Source: an uncultured Mycoplasmatota bacterium (GTDB taxonomy: Bacteria > Bacillota_I > Bacilli_A > RF39 > UBA660). From it: 64,000 bases of DNA. Positions 29,887-39,414 of the stretch are shown piece by piece (position 1 is the stretch's first letter; every line of letters starts with the position of its first letter). A program made the position numbers and the translations under genes. The notes under the pieces are model-generated. The model saw only the letters and a program-made list of their open reading frames with translations. It was not told the DNA's origin and ran no database searches. The stretch is taken from assembly GCA_900543825.1 (NCBI GenBank), contig UQSR01000001.1, forward strand, positions 7,810 to 71,809. Direction: 5' to 3'.

Positions 29887-31490
29887 GTATAAAAAATAAA
29901 TTACAGTGTATTATAAAAAAGAGTTTGCCTATTGATGTTGATTTATCTAGAATAATCATTGATATTCCTAAAGATAAAAAGAATGGTGATTATTCTTGTA
30001 ATATTGCTTTTTTACTTACAAAAGAACTTAAATCTAAACCTATGGATATTGCTGGTGAAATTGCAAATAAAATTGATGATGATATCATTGATAGGGTAGA
30101 AGTAGCTAATCCTGGTTTTATTAATATTTATTTAAGTAAGAATTATTTACTTAGTAATATTAATACTATACTTGATAGTGGTAAAAATTATGGTAAGAGT
30201 AATTATGGCAATGATGAAAGAATAAATATTGAATATGTATCCGCTAATCCTACTGGTACTTTACATATTGGACATGGTAGAGGAGCTGTGTATGGGGATT
30301 CTTTGTCTAATATTATGTCTTGGGCTGGTTATGATGTTATAAGAGAATATTATATTAATGATGCTGGTAATCAAATGAATAATCTTGGTATATCTATTAA
30401 GGAAAGATATAAAGAAAAATGTGGACTTGATTGTGAGATACCAGAGAATGGTTATCATGGTAATGAGATTATTAATATTGCTGAAAATATTTATAATATT
30501 TATGGTGATTCTAAATTAAATGAGGATACGGCGTTTTTTAGAAAAGAGGGATTGGATATTCTTCTTGATGGAATAAAAAAGGATTTGGATAGATTTAGAG
30601 TTAATTTTGATGTTTTTACTAGTGAACAATCTTTATATGATAGGGGATTAGTTGATAATACTTTGAGTAAACTTCAAAGAAGTGGTAAATGTTATATAAA
30701 TGAAGATGCTTTATGGCTTAGAACTACTGATATATGTGATGAGAAGGATAGAGTACTTGTAAAGAGTGATGGTAACTATACTTATTTTCTTCCTGATATA
30801 GCGTATCATGGTGATAAATTTGAAAGAAAATTTGATAGACTTATTGATGTTCTTGGTAGTGATCATCATGGATATATTAATAGACTTAAGTCTGCTTTAG
30901 AAATAATGGGATATGATTCTAATAGACTTGATGTTAGAATACTTCAAATGGTTAGATTACTTAGAGATGGTGAAGAGGTTAAACTTAGTAAAAGAACTGG
31001 TAAAACTATTACCTTAAATGAACTTATTGATGATGTTGGTGTTAATGCTGCTAGGTATTTCTTTGTATCGAAGAGTTTAGATACTCAGATGGATTTTGAT
31101 TTGGATTTGGCAGTTAAGAAGAGTAATGAGAATCCTATTTATTATATTGAATATGCTAATGCTAGAATTAGTTCTATTTTGAAAAATAGAAATATTGAAA
31201 AGATAAATAAGTTTAGTACTATGAATAATGAACTTGCATATACTATCATGAATAAGTTATTGGAATTTGAGGATGTTATAATTAGTGCTGCTAGAAATGG
31301 ATATCCACATTTAGTTGCTAATTATTTATATGAATTGGCTAGTTTATTTCATAGTTATTATGCTGCTGAAAAAATTGTTACTGATGATGATATTTATACT
31401 AGTGAAAGAATAGCTTTACTTGCAGCTATTAAGATTGTTATAAATAATGCGGCAAATATGTTAGGGTTAATACTTAGAGAGGAAATGTAG
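29883..31490 (+). CDS. argS: Arginine--tRNA ligase
   Basis: SANPTGTLHIGHGRG (HIGH motif) and a C-terminal DALR anticodon-binding region. Confidence 0.95.
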   Translation: MSIKNKLQCIIKKSLPIDVDLSRIIIDIPKDKKNGDYSCNIAFLLTKELKSKPMDIAGEIANKIDDDIIDRVEVANPGFINIYLSKNYLLSNINTILDSGKNYGKSNYGNDERINIEYVSANPTGTLHIGHGRGAVYGDSLSNIMSWAGYDVIREYYINDAGNQMNNLGISIKERYKEKCGLDCEIPENGYHGNEIINIAENIYNIYGDSKLNEDTAFFRKEGLDILLDGIKKDLDRFRVNFDVFTSEQSLYDRGLVDNTLSKLQRSGKCYINEDALWLRTTDICDEKDRVLVKSDGNYTYFLPDIAYHGDKFERKFDRLIDVLGSDHHGYINRLKSALEIMGYDSNRLDVRILQMVRLLRDGEEVKLSKRTGKTITLNELIDDVGVNAARYFFVSKSLDTQMDFDLDLAVKKSNENPIYYIEYANARISSILKNRNIEKINKFSTMNNELAYTIMNKLLEFEDVIISAARNGYPHLVANYLYELASLFHSYYAAEKIVTDDDIYTSERIALLAAIKIVINNAANMLGLILREEM

Positions 31491-31502
31491 GAGGTATATA
31501 TT

Positions 31503-31949
31503 ATGTTAAATAAATTATCGAAAGAGGAACTAGAATTGCTTTCTTATGCTAAGATTGCAGAAATGTATTTAAAGGAAAACAAGAAGACTATGAATACCGC
31601 AGATCTTTTTAGGGAGGTTTGTAGATTACTTGGTCTTGATGACAATGAATATCAAGAAAGAATTGCTGATTTTTTTGAATCGTTAACTACTTCTAAGGAT
31701 TTTATATTACTTAGTGATGGTAATTGGGATTTGAGAGCTAATCATTCTGTTAAAATTGATATGAATGATATTTATGGTGACAGCGATGCGGAAGCTGATG
31801 TTGAAGAGGAAGATAATGATAACAATGATTTATCAGAAGAAGATAATTATGAAGATGATTATAATGAAAATGCAGAAGCTGATATTATCGATGATGATTA
31901 TTCTGATTTAACTATAGTTGATGAGGATGAACTAGGAGATGAAAACTAG
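31503..31949 (+). CDS. rpoE: DNA-directed RNA polymerase delta subunit
   Basis: HARE-HTH N-terminal domain (ELLSYAKIAEMYLKENKKTMNTADLFREV...) plus a poly-acidic D/E C-terminal tail. Confidence 0.85.
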   Translation: MLNKLSKEELELLSYAKIAEMYLKENKKTMNTADLFREVCRLLGLDDNEYQERIADFFESLTTSKDFILLSDGNWDLRANHSVKIDMNDIYGDSDAEADVEEEDNDNNDLSEEDNYEDDYNENAEADIIDDDYSDLTIVDEDELGDEN

Positions 31950-31996
31950 TTCTTTTTTTTATTTATCTTCATATTATTACATGGAGGCCATTAGTT

Positions 31997-32911
31997 ATGA
32001 AGATAAAAATAGGAATACCTAGAGGTTTTTTGTATTATAGAGATTATATTTTATTTAAGAACTTTTTTGAGGGGATTGGTTGCACCGTTTTACTTAGTGC
32101 CCCTAGTAACAGAAGTATTATTGAAGATGGTAAAAAATTGGCTGTTGATGAGAGCTGTCTTCCTTTTAAGATTTATTTGGGACATGTTAAATATTTAGAA
32201 AATAAGTGTGATTATATATTGGTTCCGAGAATATGTAATTATGGTAAAAAGAAAAGGGTATGTATGAGGTTTAATGGTATATATGATGTTGTACATAATC
32301 TTTTTCCTACTATTAAAATTATTAACTATAATATTGATTATTTAAAATTTAGATTTGAATTTACGGAATTTTTATTAATGGGATTAAAATTTAATAAAAA
32401 TATTTTTAGAGTTATTTATAGTTACTTTATTGGTAAGAAGAAACAAAGAAAGTATATTAAAGATTTATGTAATAGGCAAATTAATAAACTTAAATCTGAT
32501 AATTTAAAAATTCTTGTGGTATCACATCCTTATATTATTTATGATGCGTTTCTGGGTAGTGATATTATTAATTATTTGACTAATGAAGGAATAGATATTT
32601 TATATTCTGATAGAATGGATAGAAAAGAATCTATTTGTTATGCTGATGATTTTTCTAAAACTTTGTATTGGATTTATTCTAAAGAGAATATTGGTAGTTT
32701 ATTTAATTATAAGAATGCTATTGATGGTGTTATATTTTTATCTTCTTTTCCTTGTGGCCCTGATTCATTGGTAAATGAACTTGCTATACGTAAACTAGAT
32801 GGAGTTCCTTCGATTAATATTATATTAGATGAAAGTACCGCTACATCAGGGTTGTATACTAGATTGGAAAGCTTTGTTGATATATTGAAAGCGAGGAAAA
32901 TTAATGAATAG
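31997..32911 (+). CDS. DUF2229 / acyl-CoA dehydratase-activase-related protein (paralogue 1)
   Basis: IGIPRGFLYY...DESCLPFKIYLGH signature of the CoA-enzyme-activase-associated uncharacterised domain. No ATPase domain. Confidence 0.6.
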   Translation: MKIKIGIPRGFLYYRDYILFKNFFEGIGCTVLLSAPSNRSIIEDGKKLAVDESCLPFKIYLGHVKYLENKCDYILVPRICNYGKKKRVCMRFNGIYDVVHNLFPTIKIINYNIDYLKFRFEFTEFLLMGLKFNKNIFRVIYSYFIGKKKQRKYIKDLCNRQINKLKSDNLKILVVSHPYIIYDAFLGSDIINYLTNEGIDILYSDRMDRKESICYADDFSKTLYWIYSKENIGSLFNYKNAIDGVIFLSSFPCGPDSLVNELAIRKLDGVPSINIILDESTATSGLYTRLESFVDILKARKINE

Positions 32912-33971
32912 GATAATTTCTTTTCCACATCTTGGTAATTATTATATTGCTTTTGAATATTTTTTATCTAATGCTACAAAATGTAAAGTCATTGTACCTC
33001 CTGATACTACTAAAAAAACTATAGAACTTGGTGCTAAATATTCTCCTGATTTTGTTTGTGTACCATTTAAATATAATTTAGGTAATTATATTGAATCACT
33101 TGAAAAGGGAGCAAATGTTCTTATTCAAGGTGGAGGAGGATGCAGATATGGTTATTTTGGTGAACTAGAGGAAAAAATATTGAGGGATTTGGGATATGAT
33201 TTTGAGTTTTATAACATGATAGAAGATAATCATATTTCTTTAAGAAAGGGATATAAATTTTGTAAAATGATGAATAATAAAATTAATCCTTTTAAATGTT
33301 TTTATTATTTATTTAATACTTTACTTATGATTGTTTTTATTGATAAAATTGAGAGATATATTAGACTTAATATGGGTTTTGAGATTGATAAGGGTAGTTT
33401 TGAGGAACTTGAAAAGGAATACTTTGATAGTTTTAAAAATAATGGTATTTTTAAGAATATTTATTTATATTTTAAATATAAAAGAAAGTTTAAAAATATT
33501 TCTATTAATAAAGAGACTAATCATTTTAAGGTGGCTATTCTGGGTGAATTATATTCTCTTATTGATGCTAATACTTCTTATAATACGGAAAGAAAGCTTA
33601 TTAAAATGGGAATAGAGGTATATCGTGATACGGATCTTACTTATTTACTTATTACTAAAAGGTTTAAACTTCATAAAATGATAAAAAGTGGAAAGAAATA
33701 TATTAGGTATCATTTAGGAGCTGATGCTTCAGGAAGTGTTGTAAAAAGTTATTGTTATGCTATGAATGGTTTTGATGGAATTCTCCATTTAAAGAGTTTT
33801 GGATGTACTCCTGAAATTAGTGCTATGAATATTTTACCAATTATTTCCAATGAATATAAAATACCTATATTGTATTTTAGTTTTGATGCCGAGGATAATG
33901 AAGTTGGTATTGATACTAGATTAGAGGCTTTTTATGATATGATTAAGCAGAAAAAAGAAACAAAAACATAG
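32904..33971 (+). CDS. DUF2229 / acyl-CoA dehydratase-activase-related protein (paralogue 2)
   Basis: FPHLGNYY...DFVCVPFKYNLGN...GGGGCRYG. Similar architecture to the upstream ORF. Overlapping start. Confidence 0.6.
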   Translation: MNRIISFPHLGNYYIAFEYFLSNATKCKVIVPPDTTKKTIELGAKYSPDFVCVPFKYNLGNYIESLEKGANVLIQGGGGCRYGYFGELEEKILRDLGYDFEFYNMIEDNHISLRKGYKFCKMMNNKINPFKCFYYLFNTLLMIVFIDKIERYIRLNMGFEIDKGSFEELEKEYFDSFKNNGIFKNIYLYFKYKRKFKNISINKETNHFKVAILGELYSLIDANTSYNTERKLIKMGIEVYRDTDLTYLLITKRFKLHKMIKSGKKYIRYHLGADASGSVVKSYCYAMNGFDGILHLKSFGCTPEISAMNILPIISNEYKIPILYFSFDAEDNEVGIDTRLEAFYDMIKQKKETKT

Positions 33972-34112
33972 TTTCTTTTTTTATGTTTTTTTTTTAAAGA
34001 CTTATTTATAAGGCTTTAAAAATTTAGTTAAAGACTTATGTCTTTAACTAACAGTGAACAATGATAATGTGAACTGCTAATATTAAGCTTTAGTTTACAA
34101 TGTATTTATTTA

Positions 34113-34143
34113 ATATTGTATCTTAAATAAATTTATGTTATAA
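34113..34143 (+). promoter_or_regulatory. Promoter of membrane-protein/repressor operon (-35 TTGTAT, extended -10 TGTTATAAT)
   Basis: TTGTAT, 17 nt, then TATAAT with an upstream TG. Located 25 nt before the 34168 ATG. Confidence 0.45.
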
Positions 34144-34167
34144 TTTATTTGGATAAGAAGGTGTTAT

Positions 34168-34836
34168 ATGGATATTTTGATTTTTGTGCTACTTATGGCT
34201 ATTTGTATGGGTATTATTTATTTTGTGCATAGGTATTTTGGTAAGAATGAATTTTATTTATTAGCTATTGTTTATTCTATTATATCATTTGTAATGTCTT
34301 TTAAAATTGTACATTTACTTGGTATTGATGTTAATCTTGGAATTATATTTAGTAGTAGTCTTATTATGATACTTTATTATTTTATTCATAGATATGGTAA
34401 TGATGATGCTAAAAAAGTTATAGTGGTAATGATTGTTAGTACACTTATTTGTGCTTGTCTTTTGATGATTAATGCTTTTATGATTCCTTCTTTATATGAT
34501 AAGATGTCCGCTATGTATCAAGGATTGATACTTGATAATTTGGCGATAGTTATTATTTATCCAATATCACTAACTATTACTTTATTTTTATGTAATTATG
34601 CTTTTAATGAATTATTACAAGTAAAAGAAAAAAGAACACTTAGAATGATATTAGTATTAGTTGGTATTACTTTTATAGATGTATTTATATTTATTTATTT
34701 TAGTTATGCTATTATTATTAGATTTGATGTAGCTATGAAAATTGCAATAAGTAATTATTTGCTTAAATGTTTAATAGTTGTTAGTTATTTTCTTATTGTG
34801 GATAAATTATTTATGATAAGGAAGGTGAAGAAATGA
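34168..34836 (+). CDS. Polytopic membrane protein (6-7 TM), paralogue A, possible small-molecule uptake (VUT/ECF-S-like)
   Basis: Hydrophobic 222 aa. Transporter family assignment is a guess. Confidence 0.5.
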   Translation: MDILIFVLLMAICMGIIYFVHRYFGKNEFYLLAIVYSIISFVMSFKIVHLLGIDVNLGIIFSSSLIMILYYFIHRYGNDDAKKVIVVMIVSTLICACLLMINAFMIPSLYDKMSAMYQGLILDNLAIVIIYPISLTITLFLCNYAFNELLQVKEKRTLRMILVLVGITFIDVFIFIYFSYAIIIRFDVAMKIAISNYLLKCLIVVSYFLIVDKLFMIRKVKK

Positions 34837-35507
34837 ATCTTTTATATATGTTGATTGAAATAATATTTGTATATTTTATATTGGTATTATTTTATAAGTT
34901 TGGAAAAAAGGATGGATTGTTTTTATATATTGGATTTATGGCGGCATTACTTGGTGTAGTTATGTTTAAACTTTATGATTTTACTTTATTTCCTGTTAAT
35001 TATGGCCTTCCATTAATTATGGGGATATTTACCGCTAATAATATTATTATTCAGAGGTTTGGACTTGATGAGATAAAAAAAATTATTAGTTATTATGTGG
35101 TTCCATATGTGATGGTAATGATTATTATTTGTCTTGGTAGTTTAGTTACTTCTAGTGATTATAATATTATGACTAATAATTGTTTTAATAGTTTATTTGG
35201 ATATGGGTTAATTAATTTAAGATGTTTTATTAGTGGTCTTCTATCAATTGGATTTATGTTATATCTTAATGGTGAGGTATATTATTATATTAGGAGGAGT
35301 AAAAATAAATTATTACTTAGTAATATTGGTTCTATATTAATTATTCAATTTATTGAGAGTATTATATTTATATGTGTTGCTTATCTTGGTGAGTATGATT
35401 TTCTTATTATATTTGGAATGATTATTATTAGATATTTAATTAAAGTTATAATTGGTATGGTTGGTTTAGTTATTGTGTATTTGCTAGTTAATAGGAGAGG
35501 TAAGTAG
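34833..35507 (+). CDS. Polytopic membrane protein, paralogue B (overlapping start with A)
   Basis: 224 aa, same hydropathy pattern as the upstream ORF. ATGA overlap. Confidence 0.5.
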   Translation: MNLLYMLIEIIFVYFILVLFYKFGKKDGLFLYIGFMAALLGVVMFKLYDFTLFPVNYGLPLIMGIFTANNIIIQRFGLDEIKKIISYYVVPYVMVMIIICLGSLVTSSDYNIMTNNCFNSLFGYGLINLRCFISGLLSIGFMLYLNGEVYYYIRRSKNKLLLSNIGSILIIQFIESIIFICVAYLGEYDFLIIFGMIIIRYLIKVIIGMVGLVIVYLLVNRRGK

Positions 35508-35515
35508 GTGTAATT

Positions 35516-36181
35516 ATGAGAACAAGAAAAGATGAACTTATTAGTGATGATTTAAAACCATTTGTTTGTAATATTATTAAGGAATATAGGGAAAAATTTA
35601 ATTATTCTTTGGAGGATTTGGCAAGGGCTTTAAATTATAAAAAGAATAGACAAACTCTACACAAATATGAGACTGGTGTACTTAATATTCCGTATGATGT
35701 ATTTTTTGATATTGCTAATATTTTTAATATTGATATTGGAACTTTTGATGATATTCCAATGACTAAGAATGAGAAGGAGTTGTTTGAAAAGAAGTTTATT
35801 AAAAATTGTGTTAATACTATGAATGGTAGTAAGAATATTACTTCTAGAGGAGAAAAAATTATTAATGCTTATAAGAATGCTTCTTATGAATCTATGAGTA
35901 AGGGATGTGAATTATCTATTAAATTATTAGATGATTCGATGGCTCCAACATATTTGAAAGGTGATAGACTATTCTTTAAAAAAAATGATCATTATGATAA
36001 TGGCGATGATATTATTATAGCTGTTAAAGGAAATGTTTTATCCGCTAGAAGATTATATAAGAGTGGTAAAGCTATTATTTTGCAGGCTATTAATCCTAAA
36101 TATCAAACTATTGTTGTTAATGTTTTTTCTGATAATATGATACTTGGTAAAGTTGTATCTATGTCAAGAGATATTAGATAA
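35516..36181 (+). CDS. XRE-family HTH + peptidase S24 (LexA/CI-like) autocleavable repressor
   Basis: N-terminal HTH (YSLEDLARALNYKKNRQTLHKYETG) and a C-terminal S24 domain with the Ser nucleophile motif DDSMAPTYLKGD and a Lys in ...MILGKVVS. Confidence 0.75.
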   Translation: MRTRKDELISDDLKPFVCNIIKEYREKFNYSLEDLARALNYKKNRQTLHKYETGVLNIPYDVFFDIANIFNIDIGTFDDIPMTKNEKELFEKKFIKNCVNTMNGSKNITSRGEKIINAYKNASYESMSKGCELSIKLLDDSMAPTYLKGDRLFFKKNDHYDNGDDIIIAVKGNVLSARRLYKSGKAIILQAINPKYQTIVVNVFSDNMILGKVVSMSRDIR

Positions 36182-36186
36182 AAATA

Positions 36187-36220
36187 AAAAAGACTTCAGT
36201 TACTGAAGTCTTTATTTTTT
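36187..36220. terminator. Bidirectional rho-independent terminator between repressor gene and hup
   Basis: AGACTTCAG-tta-CTGAAGTCT hairpin flanked by an A-run and a T-run. Confidence 0.7.
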
Positions 36221-36223
36221 ATA

Positions 36224-36496
36224 TTAGTTTAAAGCGTCTTTTAATTTGCTTCCAGCTTTGAATCCAGGAACAACTCTAGCTTCGATTTTAACTGTTTCAC
36301 CAGTTTGAGGATTTCTACCAGTTCTTGCATCTCTTTTTTTAGCAGTGAATGTTCCAAATCCTACTAATGTTACTTTACCAGATTTTTTTAATCCACTAGT
36401 TATTCCTTCCATTACAGCTTCTAATGCTCTTCCAGCATCAGCTTTTGTTAAATCTGCTTGTTCAGCAATAAATTCTACTAATTCAGCTTTTGTCAT
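36224..36496 (-). CDS. hup: DNA-binding protein HU
   Basis: MTKAELVEFIA...GFGTF...RNPQTGE... is canonical HU, with noticeably GC-richer codon choice. Confidence 0.95.
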   Translation of the reverse strand: MTKAELVEFIAEQADLTKADAGRALEAVMEGITSGLKKSGKVTLVGFGTFTAKKRDARTGRNPQTGETVKIEARVVPGFKAGSKLKDALN

Positions 36497-36719
36497 TTTT
36501 AATTACCTCCGTTTTTTATTAATTAAGCATTATGTTTATATACTATGCTTACTACATAAAGATATCATATAATCTCAATAAAATCAATACTTTTAGGGAA
36601 AATATGATAATTATTTTTATAAAGTTAACTATTTGTATAACTTTTGTGGATTGGTTAATAATATTATTGTAAGTTTTAATTCTTTATGTTATAATACATT
36701 GTGATTTGAGAGGTGTTTT

Positions 36720-37859
36720 ATGAAAAGAGATATTAAAAAAAATATTATTTTAATTATTACATATATTGCGTTAATTATTTTTGTACTTGTTAATTTTGAA
36801 AAGATATTATCTATATTAGGTTATATTATTAATATTTTTTCGCCATTTATTTTTGGAGTTATAGTGGCTTTTGTTCTTAATGTTTTAGTTAATTTTATTG
36901 AACGTAAGTTATTTGGTAAAGTGAAGAAGAAGACATGGCTTAAAATTAAGAGACCTCTTAGTATTACTATTAGTGTTGTATTAGTTATTTTTATTATAGT
37001 GTTTATTATGAATTTGTTGATCCCTCAACTTAAAAATTCGGTTTCTTTATTTACTGATAGTTTACCTACTTATAAAGAAGATATTATTAATATTATGAAT
37101 AAATTTAATTTAGAGGAGACCACTATTAAGAAGGTGTCTGATTATTTGGATAATTTTGGTAAGGTTATTACTGATTATATTAAAGGTAATTCAAAAGATG
37201 TTATTACTGTTACTACTGAGGTTGCTACTTCACTTATTGCCATTATTAGTAAGGCTGTTATTGCTATTGTTTTTGCTATTTATATTATTGCACAGAAAGA
37301 AACATTAAAGAGACAATTTAATAAGCTTATGAGTGCTTATTTGAAACCTAGAACGGTAAATAGAATTAATAAATATGCTTCAATGGCTAATACTACTTTT
37401 TCTAATTTTGTTACTGGACAATGTCTTGAGGCTTTGATTTTTGGTAGTTTATGTTTTCTTGGTATGTTGATACTTAGACTTCCATATGCTACTACTATAG
37501 CGGTGTTACTTGGGTTTACTGCTTTGATACCTGTATTTGGAGCATTTATTGGTACTTTCCTAGGGGCATTTCTTATTTTGATGATTAGTCCTATTAAAGC
37601 TATTATATTTGTTGTGTTTATCTTAGTACTTCAACAAATTGAAGGAAATTTGATTTATCCTAAAGTTGTTGGTAAGTCTGTTGGTCTTCCGGGTATTTGG
37701 GTACTTTTATCTGTTACTATTGGGGCTAGTGTTGGTGGTATACTTGGTATGCTTATAGCAACTCCTTTATGTTCTCTTTTATATATATTACTTAGACAGG
37801 CAGTTAATGATAGAATTAATAGTAATAAGATTGTCAATAGAGTAAAAGAAAAAGTCTAA
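36720..37859 (+). CDS. AI-2E family transporter (PerM/YhhT-like)
   Basis: 8-TM pattern with conserved LLGFTALIPVFGAFIGTFLGAFLIL and QQIEGNLIYPKVVG blocks. Confidence 0.75.
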   Translation: MKRDIKKNIILIITYIALIIFVLVNFEKILSILGYIINIFSPFIFGVIVAFVLNVLVNFIERKLFGKVKKKTWLKIKRPLSITISVVLVIFIIVFIMNLLIPQLKNSVSLFTDSLPTYKEDIINIMNKFNLEETTIKKVSDYLDNFGKVITDYIKGNSKDVITVTTEVATSLIAIISKAVIAIVFAIYIIAQKETLKRQFNKLMSAYLKPRTVNRINKYASMANTTFSNFVTGQCLEALIFGSLCFLGMLILRLPYATTIAVLLGFTALIPVFGAFIGTFLGAFLILMISPIKAIIFVVFILVLQQIEGNLIYPKVVGKSVGLPGIWVLLSVTIGASVGGILGMLIATPLCSLLYILLRQAVNDRINSNKIVNRVKEKV

Positions 37860-37874
37860 TTATTATTAGGCTTT

Positions 37875-39344
37875 TTATAATACTATGGCTATCATATTTG
37901 ATGAACCTTTATTTATTATTTTTGTTAATGTTTGACATAATTTAAATCTTACATTATCTGGCATCATAGATAATTTGGCTTGTATTCCTTCTTGTACTAT
38001 TACATCTAGACTTCGACCAAATATTTCACTTTTCCATATATCGGTATTATTATCGTTTTTTGTTAAATGATCAATTAATTCTTTACTTTGTAATTCGCTA
38101 CCTATTATTGGTTCAAATGTACTTTCTACTTCAACTTTAATCATATGTATGGATGCTGCTTTGGCTTTGAGTTTGATACCATATCTTGAACCTTGTTTTA
38201 TTATTTCTGGTTTCTCTAGTTTCATATCTTCTAATGATGGAGCCGCTATACCATAACCAGTTTGTTTAACCATCTTTAAGGCTGTTTTTATTTGATCATA
38301 TTCTTTTTTTGCGATATTTAGTTCTTGAAATAATGATAATAGGTCGGCTTTGGTATTTACGGAGATACCGATAGTATCTTTTAATACTTCACTATATAAT
38401 CCTGGAGGAGCCTCTAAATTTATTGTTACTTCTCCTGTTTCTGCATTAACTTCTGATATATATGATTTTGCTATATATTCTGATTCAGTAAAATTATTAT
38501 TGATTTTATCTATATCTTTTAGTTTTCTTACTTCTATTACTTCTTCTTTTATTCTATTTATATATTCTTTTTTTAGATAATGGTCTGGTTTTAAAATAGC
38601 TATCCATTCTGGCATATTTACTTTTATTTGCTCTATTGGAAATTCATATAGGGCTGCTTTTAAAATATTATACATATCTCTTTCTTGCATTGTTTCGATA
38701 TTTATTGGTAATACTGGTACTTTATATTCATCTTTTAATTTGTCTGCTAATCTTTCGGTATCTGGTAGCATTGGATGGGTACTGTTTAATAGAACTATAT
38801 ATGGCTTTCCGATTGATTCTAATTCTTCAATAACGGTTTTTTCGGCATCTAGATATTCATTTCTTGGTATTTCTCCTATGGAACCATCTGTTGTTACGAC
38901 AATACCTATTGTGGAATGATCTTTTATTACTTTTTCTGTTCCTATTTCTGCTGCTTCTATAAATGGGATTGGTTCTTGATACCATGGTGTCATTACTAGT
39001 CGAGGACCGTTTTCATCTTCATATCCTTTAGCAGATGGAACTATGTATCCAACGCAATCTATCATTCTTATATTGGCTGTAAAATCTTCTATTTCTATTT
39101 TAGTGGCTGTTGATGGTATGAATTTTGGTTCTGTCGTCATAATGGTTTTTCCTGCTGCTGCTTGTGGTAGTTCATCTAGGCATCTTTTTCTTTCATATTC
39201 ATCGGTTATATTAGGTATTATTAAATTTTCCATAAACTTTCTTATGAATGTTGATTTTCCTGTACGTACTGCACCAACTACTCCTAAATATATGTCGCCT
39301 CCTGATCTTTTTCCTATACTTTTTATAACTTCTGTTTTTTCCAT
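37875..39344 (-). CDS. spoIVA: Stage IV sporulation protein A (spore coat morphogenetic ATPase)
   Basis: MEKTEVIKSIGKRSGGDIYLGVVGAVRTGKSTFIRKFME... is the canonical SpoIVA Walker A N-terminus. Size 489 aa. Confidence 0.9.
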   Translation of the reverse strand: MEKTEVIKSIGKRSGGDIYLGVVGAVRTGKSTFIRKFMENLIIPNITDEYERKRCLDELPQAAAGKTIMTTEPKFIPSTATKIEIEDFTANIRMIDCVGYIVPSAKGYEDENGPRLVMTPWYQEPIPFIEAAEIGTEKVIKDHSTIGIVVTTDGSIGEIPRNEYLDAEKTVIEELESIGKPYIVLLNSTHPMLPDTERLADKLKDEYKVPVLPINIETMQERDMYNILKAALYEFPIEQIKVNMPEWIAILKPDHYLKKEYINRIKEEVIEVRKLKDIDKINNNFTESEYIAKSYISEVNAETGEVTINLEAPPGLYSEVLKDTIGISVNTKADLLSLFQELNIAKKEYDQIKTALKMVKQTGYGIAAPSLEDMKLEKPEIIKQGSRYGIKLKAKAASIHMIKVEVESTFEPIIGSELQSKELIDHLTKNDNNTDIWKSEIFGRSLDVIVQEGIQAKLSMMPDNVRFKLCQTLTKIINKGSSNMIAIVL

Positions 39345-39414
39345 TATATACCTCTTTTCTTTTTATCACTAAATACTATGTTAAGTAATTTTAAATATGC
39401 TAAAATGAGTTGTA

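Noticed and set aside
33962-33990. AAAAACATA…TATGTTTTT hairpin after the second DUF2229 gene as an operator
   Set aside because: It is followed by a long T-run, so it is more simply an AT-rich intrinsic terminator for the DUF2229 operon. The downstream inverted repeats (33996-34048) have no T-tract and are kept as operator candidates.
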